Source of the DNA: Negativicutes bacterium
GTDB taxonomy: Bacteria > Bacillota > Negativicutes > UBA1444
DNA length: 64,000 bases
Assembly: GCA_963665275.2 (NCBI GenBank)
Contig: CAXXIN010000007.1
Span: 192,001 to 256,000, forward strand
Direction of reading: 5' to 3'
Each line of letters starts with the position of its first letter. Within the stretch, counting starts at the first letter, position 1. The position numbers were made by a program, and so were the translations under genes. Positions 10,710 through 20,400 of the stretch are shown here, piece by piece. The notes beneath the pieces are model-generated. The model had not been told where the DNA came from. It saw nothing but the letters and a program-made list of their open reading frames with translations, and made no database searches.

Positions 10710-12065
10710 TTACAGACCGAGGATACCGAAGAACAGCCAGCAAACGAATGCGCCGACTACGGACATCGACAGGCCCCAGATCAGAAGCTGTCGGAACAGT
10801 TTCGACTTGTCTTCATGCTCACCGGCACAGGCGATGCAGAGCGCGCCGAGTGTCGATAGCGGCGAAGAGTCAACCAAATGGGCGCCGACGTTGATGGAAG
10901 AAATCAGGGCAACCGGATTGCCGCCGCCGATTTCTTTGATCAGACCAGGTACCATCGGCAGGAACATAGGCATAACCACGCCAGAGGAACTGGAATACGC
11001 CGAGATGACACCCGTAATCAATCCAAGCCAGGCATTAACCGTAACCGGGTTGGAAATTGAACCGATGATCTTGACCAGCGCGTTCAGTCCGCCGGCTTTG
11101 TCCATGACTTCAACCAGCACGGTAACACCGCAAACCATCATGATAACGCCCCAAGGCATGACTTTGATGGCTTTTTTGCTGTCGCCGGAGCCGGTCAGCA
11201 TCAGCACGCAGGAGAGCATGAAGGCGACCGAGCCAACATTGGAAAGCATGTTCAAAACCGGTTTGGGAATCGCCGCTTTCATCCCCGGCAAGCCAGGAAT
11301 AACGACGAGAGCGATCAGCAAGCCAACCATAGATAAAGTTAACAGTTGATGTTTGTCAAACGGTTCCGGTTTCGGCGCCAATTCTTCGATATCAATCGTC
11401 GCGCCGCGTTGTTTCTGAATCCAGGCCCAGCCGCCCAGTAAGAAGAAGCCGCCGATGTTGACGATGCCTTGCGCAACTTCCGAGTTGAAGTGAATCTTCC
11501 AGGCCAGTGCGTCCAGCGAGATCTGGCTAATCAGATCCGGCATTTGCGGCGCCATTTTGGCAATGATGCCATTGGAAATAATCCCGGTCGGGGCAAACGG
11601 CGAGAACGCCGCGCCATTAGCTGCGCCGACGACGACCAGCGTCATCAAAAATGCCGGCATGCCGACGCGAGTCGCGATCGCCATCGCTACCGGCGCCATC
11701 AGAGCAGTTCCTGCAATGTTGCCAGGTCCGATGGTGGTGACAAATGTTGTCAAAACAAAAATGATTAAGGGTACAATAGCGGTGTTCCCTTTGCAAATGC
11801 GAACCGAATAAGCGGTTAGTTTTTCCATGGTGCCGTTGGTCTGCGCCATGCCAAACAGGAATGTCACGCCAACCAGAATCATGAACAAACCTGTCGGGAA
11901 TAGCCCCATAACTCTGGCGCCGGTCATGCCGCCCCACATACCGCCAACGATGATTGCGAAGCCGACGGACAGGAAACCGACGTGCAGATCTTCATTTACG
12001 CAACTGATAATAACCACGATTGTCAAGGCTACAATAGACATAATTGCAGCAAGGGAAATATCCAT
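10710..12065 (-). CDS. SLC13/IT-superfamily carboxylate transporter, paralog 1 (451 aa)
   Basis: Multi-TM; FSPFAPTG and SPLSTLGA repeats; RBS GGAGG before ATG 12065. Confidence 0.82.
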   Translation of the reverse strand: MDISLAAIMSIVALTIVVIISCVNEDLHVGFLSVGFAIIVGGMWGGMTGARVMGLFPTGLFMILVGVTFLFGMAQTNGTMEKLTAYSVRICKGNTAIVPLIIFVLTTFVTTIGPGNIAGTALMAPVAMAIATRVGMPAFLMTLVVVGAANGAAFSPFAPTGIISNGIIAKMAPQMPDLISQISLDALAWKIHFNSEVAQGIVNIGGFFLLGGWAWIQKQRGATIDIEELAPKPEPFDKHQLLTLSMVGLLIALVVIPGLPGMKAAIPKPVLNMLSNVGSVAFMLSCVLMLTGSGDSKKAIKVMPWGVIMMVCGVTVLVEVMDKAGGLNALVKIIGSISNPVTVNAWLGLITGVISAYSSSSGVVMPMFLPMVPGLIKEIGGGNPVALISSINVGAHLVDSSPLSTLGALCIACAGEHEDKSKLFRQLLIWGLSMSVVGAFVCWLFFGILGL

Positions 12066-12348
12066 GTACAAAAGCCCTCCTATTTATTGCGCGTTCCGGT
12101 GGAATGAGACAGTTTAATGGGCCAACAAGAATAATACTACAGAAAAAATCGAATCTTTACCCATCCTATGCTGTCTTGACTGGCAGGCCTCCTTTCAATC
12201 ACAAATTAGAACAACAATAAATATACAATGTGGCATACCACACAGTTTAAATATTCTATTTATTTTGCTTAATTCCTTCTTTTCAGACTATTTTTAGCAA
12301 AAAAATCAGCTCCCCTGAAATCAGGAGAGCTTTACGCCAAACAACCCT

Positions 12349-12900
12349 CTATTTATCTTCCATTTCTTTGCCGAGTGCTGCAATCACAACTTGATGTTCC
12401 GGCACTTTCACTTTGCCAGGCAGCTTGGTCGAGAGGAATTCGAGCAGTTGTTCGCTCGGTTTGAAATAGACCCGTTCATTATGCTCCGTTTTGCCGCTGG
12501 GCGATACTTTATAGGCAATAACCCAGACGTCCCGGCCATCAAGCGCCGAGTTCATGCGGTGGGTACGGCGGAACTTCAACACGCTGACCAACGCTGCCTT
12601 GTAAGCATAAATACCAACAAGCTGTCGGTACTCCACTTCAATATTTTTATTGCCAAGTATACCGCGCTTTTTCAGCAGCAAGCGGCGATTATCGGCTTCA
12701 TATTCATAGCTGGGCTGCGCCCGTTCCAGCAGTACAAACAGAATGATCAGCAATGAGCCCATTTCAAACGGCGTTACCGGCATCCCGTGCATCCAGCGTA
12801 CCACGCTGGCAAACAGGAGAAAGAGAAATACCGCCACTGCAATTCCGATGACAATGATATTTTTACGGCTGACAATCGTCTTTTCGACAAATTTACTCAT
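12349..12900 (-). CDS. Hypothetical membrane protein (2 N-terminal TM plus soluble domain)
   Basis: 183 aa ORF filling the gap between the transporters; RBS-like GAGG; terminator-like hairpin near 12308-12332. Confidence 0.7.
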   Translation of the reverse strand: MSKFVEKTIVSRKNIIVIGIAVAVFLFLLFASVVRWMHGMPVTPFEMGSLLIILFVLLERAQPSYEYEADNRRLLLKKRGILGNKNIEVEYRQLVGIYAYKAALVSVLKFRRTHRMNSALDGRDVWVIAYKVSPSGKTEHNERVYFKPSEQLLEFLSTKLPGKVKVPEHQVVIAALGKEMEDK

Positions 12901-13010
12901 ATTGGCCTCTACACCACTTTCTTTGTGTCGAAGTAATGATACTTCGCATTCATAAATTGAATCATTATTTATTCTATCATTTTTTGTTGATGCGGGGCCA
13001 GAGGAAAAAT

Positions 13011-13039
13011 AAAAGCCGGGAGAAAATCTCCCGGCTTTT
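13011..13039 (-). terminator. Intrinsic terminator after transporter 2
   Basis: AAAAGCCGGGAGA-AAA-TCTCCCGGCTTTT. Confidence 0.8.
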
Positions 13040-13059
13040 GGCCTACTGTTGAAATACGA

Positions 13060-14415
13060 TTAGAAGCCGAGGATGCCGAAGAATACCCAGCAAACAAGAC
13101 CACCAACAACAGACATTGCCAAGCCCCACATCAGAAGCTTGCGGAACAGAACCGCTTTGTCTTCATGATCACCGGCGCAAGCGATACACAGTGCGCCGAG
13201 CGTCGACAACGGTGAGGTATCAACCAAGTGGGCGCCAACGTTGATCGAAGAGATCAGGGCGATCGGATTGCCGCCGCCAACTTCTTTGATCAGACCAGGA
13301 ACCATTGGCAGGAACATCGGCATAACTACGCCGGAAGAACTGGAGTAAGCCGAAATCAAACCAGTAATGAAACCAAGGGTTCCGTTAATGGTAACCGGGT
13401 TGGAAATAGCGCCGATCACTTTGACCAGTGCATTCAGTCCGCCGGCGCGGTCCATAACGTCAACAAGTACCGACACGCCGCAGACCATGATGATAACGGC
13501 CCATGGCTGCGATTTGATCGCTTTTTCGCTGTCGCCGGCGCCGGTCAGCATTAACCAACCGGACAGAATGAACGCAACAGTACCTACGTTGGATACCAGG
13601 TTCAGGAATTGCTTAGGCAAAGCGGCTTTCATTCCAGGCAGTCCGGGAATAACAATCGCCAGGATCAGGATTAAGACAGCTGCCAGCGTTTGCAGCTGAG
13701 CCGAATTAAAAGGTTCAGGTTTGGGAGCCAGTTCGTCGATATCGATTTTGACCTGTCCAGCTTTTTGCATCCAGGCCCAACCACCCATGATAAAGAAACC
13801 GCCGATATTAACAAAGCCTTGGGCAATTGTCGAGTTGAAGTGAATTTTCCAGGCCAGCGCATCGAGCGACATTTGTTTGGTAATTTCCGGTAAATTAGGC
13901 GCCATTTTGGCGATGATGCCGTTGGAAATGATACCGGTAGGAGCAAACGGCGAGAAGGCAGCGCCATTGGAAGCGCCAACAACGAGCAGGGTCATCAGGA
14001 ACGCCGGCATGCCGACGCGGGTCGCAATCGCCATGGCCACAGGCGCCATCAATGCAGTACCGGCAATATTGCCAGGTCCGATGGTGGTAATGAACGTGGT
14101 TAAAATGAACACGATGAACGGAATAACCTTGGTGTTCCCTTTGCACATACGAACGGAATAGGCGGTCAATTTCTCCATCGTCCCGTTAGTCCGTGCAATA
14201 CCAAACAGGAAAGTAACGCCGATCAAAATCATGAACAGGCTGAGCGGGAACGACGCCAAGACTTTGGCGCCGGTCATGCCACCCCAGACGCCGCCAACGA
14301 TGATGGCGAAGCCGATGGCCAGGTAACCAACGTTCAGGTCTTCGTTGACGCAACTGATGATAACGACAGCCAACAGGGCAACAATAGACATAATTGCAGC
14401 TATTGAAATATCCAT
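13060..14415 (-). CDS. SLC13/IT-superfamily carboxylate transporter, paralog 2 (451 aa)
   Basis: Colinear with and same length as paralog 1 when started at ATG 14415 (GGAGG RBS). Confidence 0.82.
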   Translation of the reverse strand: MDISIAAIMSIVALLAVVIISCVNEDLNVGYLAIGFAIIVGGVWGGMTGAKVLASFPLSLFMILIGVTFLFGIARTNGTMEKLTAYSVRMCKGNTKVIPFIVFILTTFITTIGPGNIAGTALMAPVAMAIATRVGMPAFLMTLLVVGASNGAAFSPFAPTGIISNGIIAKMAPNLPEITKQMSLDALAWKIHFNSTIAQGFVNIGGFFIMGGWAWMQKAGQVKIDIDELAPKPEPFNSAQLQTLAAVLILILAIVIPGLPGMKAALPKQFLNLVSNVGTVAFILSGWLMLTGAGDSEKAIKSQPWAVIIMVCGVSVLVDVMDRAGGLNALVKVIGAISNPVTINGTLGFITGLISAYSSSSGVVMPMFLPMVPGLIKEVGGGNPIALISSINVGAHLVDTSPLSTLGALCIACAGDHEDKAVLFRKLLMWGLAMSVVGGLVCWVFFGILGF

Positions 14416-14643
14416 GTAGTCAAATCCTCCTTGCAAATTGTTTTTTTTGGCTACCAATCCAATTTGCTGCAAGGGTCCGCCCAATCTCATTCTGTATGCT
14501 TCCGCAAAAAAAGCACTGCCAATTCCGCTTCGGTCACAGGATGTAAGATTGTCTTCTTCCTCGGTGTAAAACCAAATTATCATGGAATGGGCGGAGAGAC
14601 GACCTCTCCGCCGCTAATACTGTTACTAAGCGTACGTTAAATT

Positions 14644-14799
14644 TTAGTCGTCGTCTTCTTCGTCGTTTTCCTCTTCCGCAGGAGCGGGGAAGGTTTTGTG
14701 AAGGAGAGTTGTTGCTCCCATGAACACAAGAATAACAATGAACATTGTGGGCAACGCGATTGCCATCATGGTGAGGGCTTTAACTGTTGCTGGATTCAT
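14644..14799 (-). CDS. OadG-related small membrane subunit (51 aa, not in ORF track)
   Basis: Manual translation MNPATVKALTMMAIALPTMFIVILVFMGATTLLHKTFPAPAEEENDEEDDD; RBS GGAGG; directly after the beta subunit. Confidence 0.8.
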   Translation of the reverse strand: MNPATVKALTMMAIALPTMFIVILVFMGATTLLHKTFPAPAEEENDEEDDD

Positions 14800-14815
14800 A
14801 ATACATCCCTCCCCC

Positions 14816-15973
14816 TTACTTCGCCAGCGCCGGAATCAGGGCAAGGACCAGACCGCCGGCTACGACCGAAGCGACCTGACCGGCCACGTTGACGCCGATC
14901 GCATGTTGGATGATAAAGTTACCCGGATCTTCTTTAAGAGCCATTTTTGCGATAACCCGACCGGACATCGGGAATGCGGAAATACCGCAGGCGCCGATCA
15001 TCGGGTTGATCTTGGTGGAACTGAACATATTCATCAGTTTGGCGAACAACACTCCGCCGGCGGTGTCGAACACGAAGGCAACGGCGCCAAGGCACATGAT
15101 CAACAGCACCTGGATGTTCAGGAATCGTTCGGCTTCCATGGTGCCGCCGATGGTGATACCGAGAACCAAGGTAACCAGATTTGCCAGTTCATTTTCAGCG
15201 CAGGCCGACAGATTTTCGGTTACGCCGGATTCTTTAAGTAGGTTACCGAACATCAGACTGCCAATCAGAGCTACGGAAATCGGAGCCACGATACCGGCAA
15301 TCAGAACGATCATAATCGGGAACAGGAACTTGGTCGTCTGTGACACAGGCACGACGTTTTCGTAACCCATTCTGATTTGACGTTCAGCCTTGGTGGTGAT
15401 CGCATTAATAACTGGAGGCTGAATAACCGGTACCAGGGACATGTAGCAGTAAGCCGCTACCGACAGAGGTCCGAGCAGTTCGACCGCGAACCGGCTGGCC
15501 ACATAAATAGTGGTCGGGCCGTCGGCAGCACCGATGATGCCGATGGAGGCAGCATGCTCGAAACTGAAACCAAGGAACGTCGCGGCCACGGCAGTGGCGA
15601 AGATGCCAAACTGGGCGGCTGCCGCAAACAGCATGACTTTCGGGTTTCTGATCAACGGCGCAAAGTCGCACATCGCGCCGATAGCGATAAAGATAAGAAC
15701 AGGGAACAGTTCATTGCCGATACCGGCATTATAAAGAACAATGAGGAAACCTTCTTCGCCTTTAACCTGAGAAACAGCGGAAGAGTGCGGAATATTGGCA
15801 AGAACCGCGCCGAAACCGATAGGCAGGAGCAGGGCCGGTTCATAGTCTTTGGCTGCTGCCAAATAGATCAGCAGAGCACCGACGCCCCACATCACGACAT
15901 GTTTCCACGAAAGTCCGAGGAAACCCATCAGCAGTTCGTCCAACCAGGGATACTGTTGGATCAAAGCTTCCAT
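14816..15973 (-). CDS. mmdB: Na+-translocating decarboxylase beta subunit
   Basis: YEPALLLPIGFG, IGIIGAADGPT, SAFPMSGRV. Confidence 0.93.
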   Translation of the reverse strand: MEALIQQYPWLDELLMGFLGLSWKHVVMWGVGALLIYLAAAKDYEPALLLPIGFGAVLANIPHSSAVSQVKGEEGFLIVLYNAGIGNELFPVLIFIAIGAMCDFAPLIRNPKVMLFAAAAQFGIFATAVAATFLGFSFEHAASIGIIGAADGPTTIYVASRFAVELLGPLSVAAYCYMSLVPVIQPPVINAITTKAERQIRMGYENVVPVSQTTKFLFPIMIVLIAGIVAPISVALIGSLMFGNLLKESGVTENLSACAENELANLVTLVLGITIGGTMEAERFLNIQVLLIMCLGAVAFVFDTAGGVLFAKLMNMFSSTKINPMIGACGISAFPMSGRVIAKMALKEDPGNFIIQHAIGVNVAGQVASVVAGGLVLALIPALAK

Positions 15974-16099
15974 AGTCTGTATTTCCCTCCTATTATTATA
16001 CTATGTTGTTTCATGCGTCCGGATGTTCCAGACAGGTTTCGTCTGATCCGGCCTTAAGGAACTATTGCCAAAAAGCCGGACCAGAATCGGAACCATAAC

Positions 16100-16513
16100 T
16101 TAGTTGGCGATGACCGCCATGATTTGGCCAGGTTTCACGCCGTCGCCTTTGTTGACGTTGATGGATTTGATGGTACCGCTGACCGGTGCGCCAATTTCGT
16201 TCTGCATTTTCATAGCTTCGAGAGTCATGATGCATTCGCCTTTGGCGATTTTGTCGCCGGCTTTCTTCATGATCTTGCTGACTTTACCAGGCATCGGAGC
16301 AGCAATCGGTGTGTCGCCGGCGCCGACTTCAGCAGCGGCGGCAGCGGGTGCTGCGGCAGGGGCTGCAACAGGAGCTGCAACAGGAGCTGCAACAGGAGCT
16401 GCGACGGGAGCTGCAACAGGAGCTGCGACGGGAGCTGCCGAAACAACTACGCCTTCTTCTGCAACCTCAACGTTGTAACTGGTTCCATTGACATTGACTT
16501 TGAACTTTCTCAT
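16100..16513 (-). CDS. mmdC: Biotin carboxyl carrier subunit of methylmalonyl-CoA decarboxylase
   Basis: EAMKM biotinylation motif, Ala/Pro linker. Confidence 0.92.
   Translation of the reverse strand: MRKFKVNVNGTSYNVEVAEEGVVVSAAPVAAPVAAPVAAPVAAPVAAPVAAPAAAPAAAAAEVGAGDTPIAAPMPGKVSKIMKKAGDKIAKGECIMTLEAMKMQNEIGAPVSGTIKSINVNKGDGVKPGQIMAVIAN
16359..16438. repeat. Coding 12-bp tandem repeat (AAPV x6 linker)
   Basis: GGAGCTGCRACR units within mmdC. Confidence 0.9.
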
Positions 16514-16565
16514 AAAAACATACCTCCGTTAATTTATTATCGGCGTATAAACACCTGTAAAACCC

Positions 16566-16886
16566 TTATGCGGTTTGGCGGGAATCCATCAGTTTTTGAC
16601 GCCCGGATATGGCCCAGACATTGCTTGTGTGCTTAATTTTGACTGCGTGGGCTCCACCGGAGTGGTGAACCACAGCGGCAGTGATCGCAGCCAGCAACTC
16701 GGCACTGATACTGGTATCATCCATCATGTTAATACTGGCCGCAATCGCAGCCACGATTTCGGGATTAATCCCTGCCGACTCTGCGGCGCTGGCTACTGGT
16801 TGAATAACGGGAGCCGGTGCTGCTTGTCTCTTTGGGGCAGGTGCCGGTTTATCGCCACCGCCGAACAGACTATCGAACAAACCCAT
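16566..16886 (-). CDS. MmdD/MmdE-like decarboxylase subunit lacking a TM anchor
   Basis: Pro/Ala linker, two AAIxA motifs (EIVAAIAAS, ELLAAITAA), WAISGR; between mmdA and mmdC. Confidence 0.72.
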   Translation of the reverse strand: MGLFDSLFGGGDKPAPAPKRQAAPAPVIQPVASAAESAGINPEIVAAIAASINMMDDTSISAELLAAITAAVVHHSGGAHAVKIKHTSNVWAISGRQKLMDSRQTA

Positions 16887-16912
16887 TGGCTCATCTCCTT
16901 TTTGACAGCGGT

Positions 16913-18439
16913 TTACAGCGGAATGTTACCGTGTTTTTTAGCTGGACGTGATTCCCGCTTGGAAGCGAGCATATTGAGGGCCGTGATGATGCGGGGACGA
17001 GTTTCCTGCGGCTCAATAACGATGTCGACGAAACCGCGCTCAGCAGCTTTGTAAGGAGTTGCGAATTCTGCCACATACGCATCGGTTTTTTCTGAAACAT
17101 TGGGGTCGCCACGGAAGATAATGTTGGCCGCACCGGCCGGTCCCATAACGGCGATCTCGGCGGAAGGCCAGGCCAGAACTTGGTCAGCGCCAAGGTCCTG
17201 CGAACACATCGCGAGATACGATCCGCCGTAAGCTTTACGGGTGATGACGGTGATTTTGGGCACAGTCGCTTCCGAATAGGCATAAAGCATTTTGGCGCCG
17301 TGACGGATGATGCCGCCGAATTCCTGATCGGTTCCGGGCAGGAAGCCAGGGACGTCAACCAGGTTGACGATTGGAATGTTGAATGCGTCGCAGAAACGAA
17401 TAAAACGGGCGGATTTGTCCGAAGCATTGACGTCCAGGCAACCGGCCATAACGGCAGGCTGGTTGGCGATGATACCGACGGTCGAACCGTCGAATCGGGC
17501 AAAACCGGTGATGATGTTCATGGCAAAATGTTCCTGAACTTCGAGGAACTCTTCGCGGTCAACGATCATACGGATAACTTCCTTCATGCTGTACGGCATG
17601 TTGGGGTTTTCAGGCATGATGGTTTTCAGGCCTTCATCCATACGGTCAGGGCTGTCACCGGTATCAACCATCGGCGATTCTTCCATGTTGTTGGAAGGCA
17701 GGAAGCCGAGGAGTACACGGACTTTGGCCATGCAGTCTTCGTCAGATTCGGTAGCGAAATGCGCGACACCTGAAACACTGTTGTGACTCATGGCTCCGCC
17801 GAGAGCCTCAGCGGTGACTTCTTCGCCAGTAACCGACTTGATGACCTGCGGGCCAGTGATGAACATCTGGCTGGTTTTCTTCACCATGAAGATCCAGTCG
17901 GTCAGTGCCGGGGAATAAACCGCGCCACCTGCAGAGGGTCCCATGATACAAGAAATTTGGGGTACAACACCGGAAGCCAGGGTGTTCTTGAAGAAGATCT
18001 TGCCGTAGCCGGCCAGAGCATCAACAGCTTCCTGGATACGGGCTCCGCCGGAATCATTGAGTCCAACGAGAGGAGCTCCCATTTTCATGGAGAGATCCTG
18101 GACCTTGACGATTTTCGCTGCATGCATTTCGCCGAGCGAACCACCCTCGACCGTGAAGTCTTGAGCGAATACATAGACCAGACGGCCTTCAACAGTACCG
18201 TAACCGGTAACTACGCCTTCACCGGGAAGTTCTTTCGTTTCCATTCCAAAATTGGTGCAACGGTGTGTAACAAACTGATCCAGTTCTACGAAGGAACCTG
18301 GATCGAGCAGCAGCGCAATACGCTCACGGGCTGTTTTCTTGCCGCTTGCATGTTGTTTTTCAACGCGCTTTTCGCCACCGCCTGCCAGAACTTTCGCCCG
18401 CTTTTTATTAAGCAGATCGACTTTATCCTGCATCGACAT
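16913..18439 (-). CDS. mmdA: Methylmalonyl-CoA decarboxylase alpha (carboxyltransferase) subunit
   Basis: QDFTVEGGSLG, DSGGARIQE, DVPGFLPG, KKHGNIPL. Confidence 0.93.
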   Translation of the reverse strand: MSMQDKVDLLNKKRAKVLAGGGEKRVEKQHASGKKTARERIALLLDPGSFVELDQFVTHRCTNFGMETKELPGEGVVTGYGTVEGRLVYVFAQDFTVEGGSLGEMHAAKIVKVQDLSMKMGAPLVGLNDSGGARIQEAVDALAGYGKIFFKNTLASGVVPQISCIMGPSAGGAVYSPALTDWIFMVKKTSQMFITGPQVIKSVTGEEVTAEALGGAMSHNSVSGVAHFATESDEDCMAKVRVLLGFLPSNNMEESPMVDTGDSPDRMDEGLKTIMPENPNMPYSMKEVIRMIVDREEFLEVQEHFAMNIITGFARFDGSTVGIIANQPAVMAGCLDVNASDKSARFIRFCDAFNIPIVNLVDVPGFLPGTDQEFGGIIRHGAKMLYAYSEATVPKITVITRKAYGGSYLAMCSQDLGADQVLAWPSAEIAVMGPAGAANIIFRGDPNVSEKTDAYVAEFATPYKAAERGFVDIVIEPQETRPRIITALNMLASKRESRPAKKHGNIPL

Positions 18440-18495
18440 TAAAACACCTCCATCGTTGTCGGGCTGATATTCTTAAAACAGCCCCAGATTGCTTT

Positions 18496-18921
18496 TTAGT
18501 GGCGGTCGGGATGCTCGCAGATCTCGATGAGAATGCCGCCGGTTGCTTTGGGATGCAAGAAAGCGATTTTCGCTCCGCCAGCGCCATAACGAGGGGCTTT
18601 GTCGAGCATTTCGACGCCTTTGGCCTGCAGATCAGCGATCGCAGCTTCGACATTGTCGACGCGCAAGGCGATATGCTGGACCAGATTACGACCGCCATTT
18701 TTCTCGATGGCTTTGGCAATCGGGCCGTCCGGGGAGGTGGACTCGAGGAATTCGAGTTCGGCGTCGCCGCAGGGGAAGAAGCTGACTTTGACTTTTTGGG
18801 AATCGACGACTTCGTCTTCCGGTTGATGGAACATTCCGAGCTTATCAGCAAAGATGTCCTTGACGGAAGCCAGGTCGTTGACTCCAATTCCGATGTGGTC
18901 GATGTGAAGAATTTTGAACAT
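18496..18921 (-). CDS. mce: Methylmalonyl-CoA epimerase
   Basis: IDHIGIGV, QHIALRV, FLHPKATGGILIE (VOC fold). Confidence 0.93.
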   Translation of the reverse strand: MFKILHIDHIGIGVNDLASVKDIFADKLGMFHQPEDEVVDSQKVKVSFFPCGDAELEFLESTSPDGPIAKAIEKNGGRNLVQHIALRVDNVEAAIADLQAKGVEMLDKAPRYGAGGAKIAFLHPKATGGILIEICEHPDRH

Positions 18922-18973
18922 GATGGAACCTCCTTTTTTGATTGGAATAAAATCTAGAACAGAATAAGGATAA

Positions 18974-19909
18974 TTATTTCAGGACTTCTGCCAGAATGGC
19001 CTTTACTGCGGAATAGGGATCGGTTTTGCGCAAATTGACCTCTGTCGTCAATGACTCAAATTTACTTCCTGCAACCTTCTTCATCAGATAGACCTTGATG
19101 GCCTCATCCAACATGACCAGAATCTCATTGCGGGTGCGCTCGAAGCGATGCTTTTGCAGCGATCCTGATTGGATCAGAAAAGTTTTGTGCTCTTCGATCG
19201 TATCCACCAGTTCGGTGATGCCTTGATTCTGACTGGCAACGGTGCGTGTGATCTTGGGCCGCCATTCATTCTCGTTCTGGTCCAGATCGAGCATCATCTC
19301 GATTTCGAGATTGAGTCTTTCCACACCATCGCGGTCGGCCTTGTTGATGGCGAAAACATCGCCGATCTCCAGTATGCCGGCTTTGATTGCCTGAATGTCG
19401 TCGCCCAGACCGGGAACCAAAACAACGAGGGTCGTGTCGGCAGTTTTCACGATATCGACTTCCGACTGTCCGACGCCTACCGTTTCAATGATGACAATAT
19501 CTTTGCCTGCGGCATCCAGAATTTTTGCAACCTCGGCGGTTTTTCTGGACATTCCGCCCAAACTTCCCCTGGTCGCCATGCTCCGGATAAACACGCCGTC
19601 ATCCATGGTGAGTTCATTCATGCGGATACGGTCGCCTAAAATTGCTCCCCCTGAAAACGGACTGCTCGGATCAACAGCGATGATCCCGACGGTTTTTCCC
19701 CGGCTGCGATACTCTTTGGTCAATTTGTCCGTCAGAGTGCTTTTGCCAGCCCCGGGTGGTCCTGTGATACCGATGATATAGCTCTTTCCTGTATGCGGAT
19801 AAATCTTCTGCATGATGCCCGTAGCTTCATCATACTCATTCTCCACTGCAGTGATGGCTCTCGCTATGGCCAACTTGGAGCCGTTGAGCAACTCTGTGAC
19901 GATGTCCAT
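18974..19909 (-). CDS. meaB: Methylmalonyl-CoA mutase-associated GTPase MeaB
   Basis: GPPGAGKST, DPSSPFSGGAILGDRIRM, ETVGVGQSE, NKAD. Confidence 0.95.
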   Translation of the reverse strand: MDIVTELLNGSKLAIARAITAVENEYDEATGIMQKIYPHTGKSYIIGITGPPGAGKSTLTDKLTKEYRSRGKTVGIIAVDPSSPFSGGAILGDRIRMNELTMDDGVFIRSMATRGSLGGMSRKTAEVAKILDAAGKDIVIIETVGVGQSEVDIVKTADTTLVVLVPGLGDDIQAIKAGILEIGDVFAINKADRDGVERLNLEIEMMLDLDQNENEWRPKITRTVASQNQGITELVDTIEEHKTFLIQSGSLQKHRFERTRNEILVMLDEAIKVYLMKKVAGSKFESLTTEVNLRKTDPYSAVKAILAEVLK

Positions 19910-19986
19910 AAAGCACCACCTAAGGATAATTATCAGCGGGAACGGACAGTGAACCTGTCCGCCCCGCCGTCACATGTGATCGGTGA

Positions 19987-20379
19987 TTATTTCGCGTTGG
20001 CTTTGATGTACTCGATGATTTTCTCGGTCGGGGTTCCAGGCGTGAAGACTTCGGCGATGCCGGCAGCCTTGAGGCCTTCGATATCGGAGTCGGGAATGAC
20101 TCCGCCACCGATGGTCAGGACATCTGTCAGGCCTTTTTGTTTCATGATCTCAACAATGCGGGGGAAGAGTGTGTTGTGTGCGCCGGACAGAAGGCTGAGC
20201 GCCACTACGTTTACGTCTTCCTGCAGGGCTGCTTCGGCGATTTGTTCCGGCGTCAGGCGGATACCGGTGTAAATGACTTCGAAACCGGCATCGCGGAGAG
20301 CGCGGGCTACGACTTTAGCTCCGCGGTCATGTCCGTCGAGCCCTGGTTTGGCTACCAATACTCTAATACGTTTTTCCAT
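19987..20379 (-). CDS. Methylmalonyl-CoA mutase, cobalamin-binding subunit
   Basis: GLDGHDRG (DxHxxG), SLLSGAH. Confidence 0.93.
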   Translation of the reverse strand: MEKRIRVLVAKPGLDGHDRGAKVVARALRDAGFEVIYTGIRLTPEQIAEAALQEDVNVVALSLLSGAHNTLFPRIVEIMKQKGLTDVLTIGGGVIPDSDIEGLKAAGIAEVFTPGTPTEKIIEYIKANAK

Positions 20380-20400
20380 CGTTGTCCCTCCTACTCTCGC

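Noticed and set aside
14416-14583. N-terminal extension of transporter 2 in the ORF track
   Set aside because: Paralog alignment and RBS place the start at 14415; similar over-extensions were trimmed for rex, tatC, ahbA, tig, ltrA, XRE and EamA
16359-16438. 12-bp tandem repeat as CRISPR or contingency locus
   Set aside because: No spacers; encodes the usual Ala/Pro linker of biotin carriers
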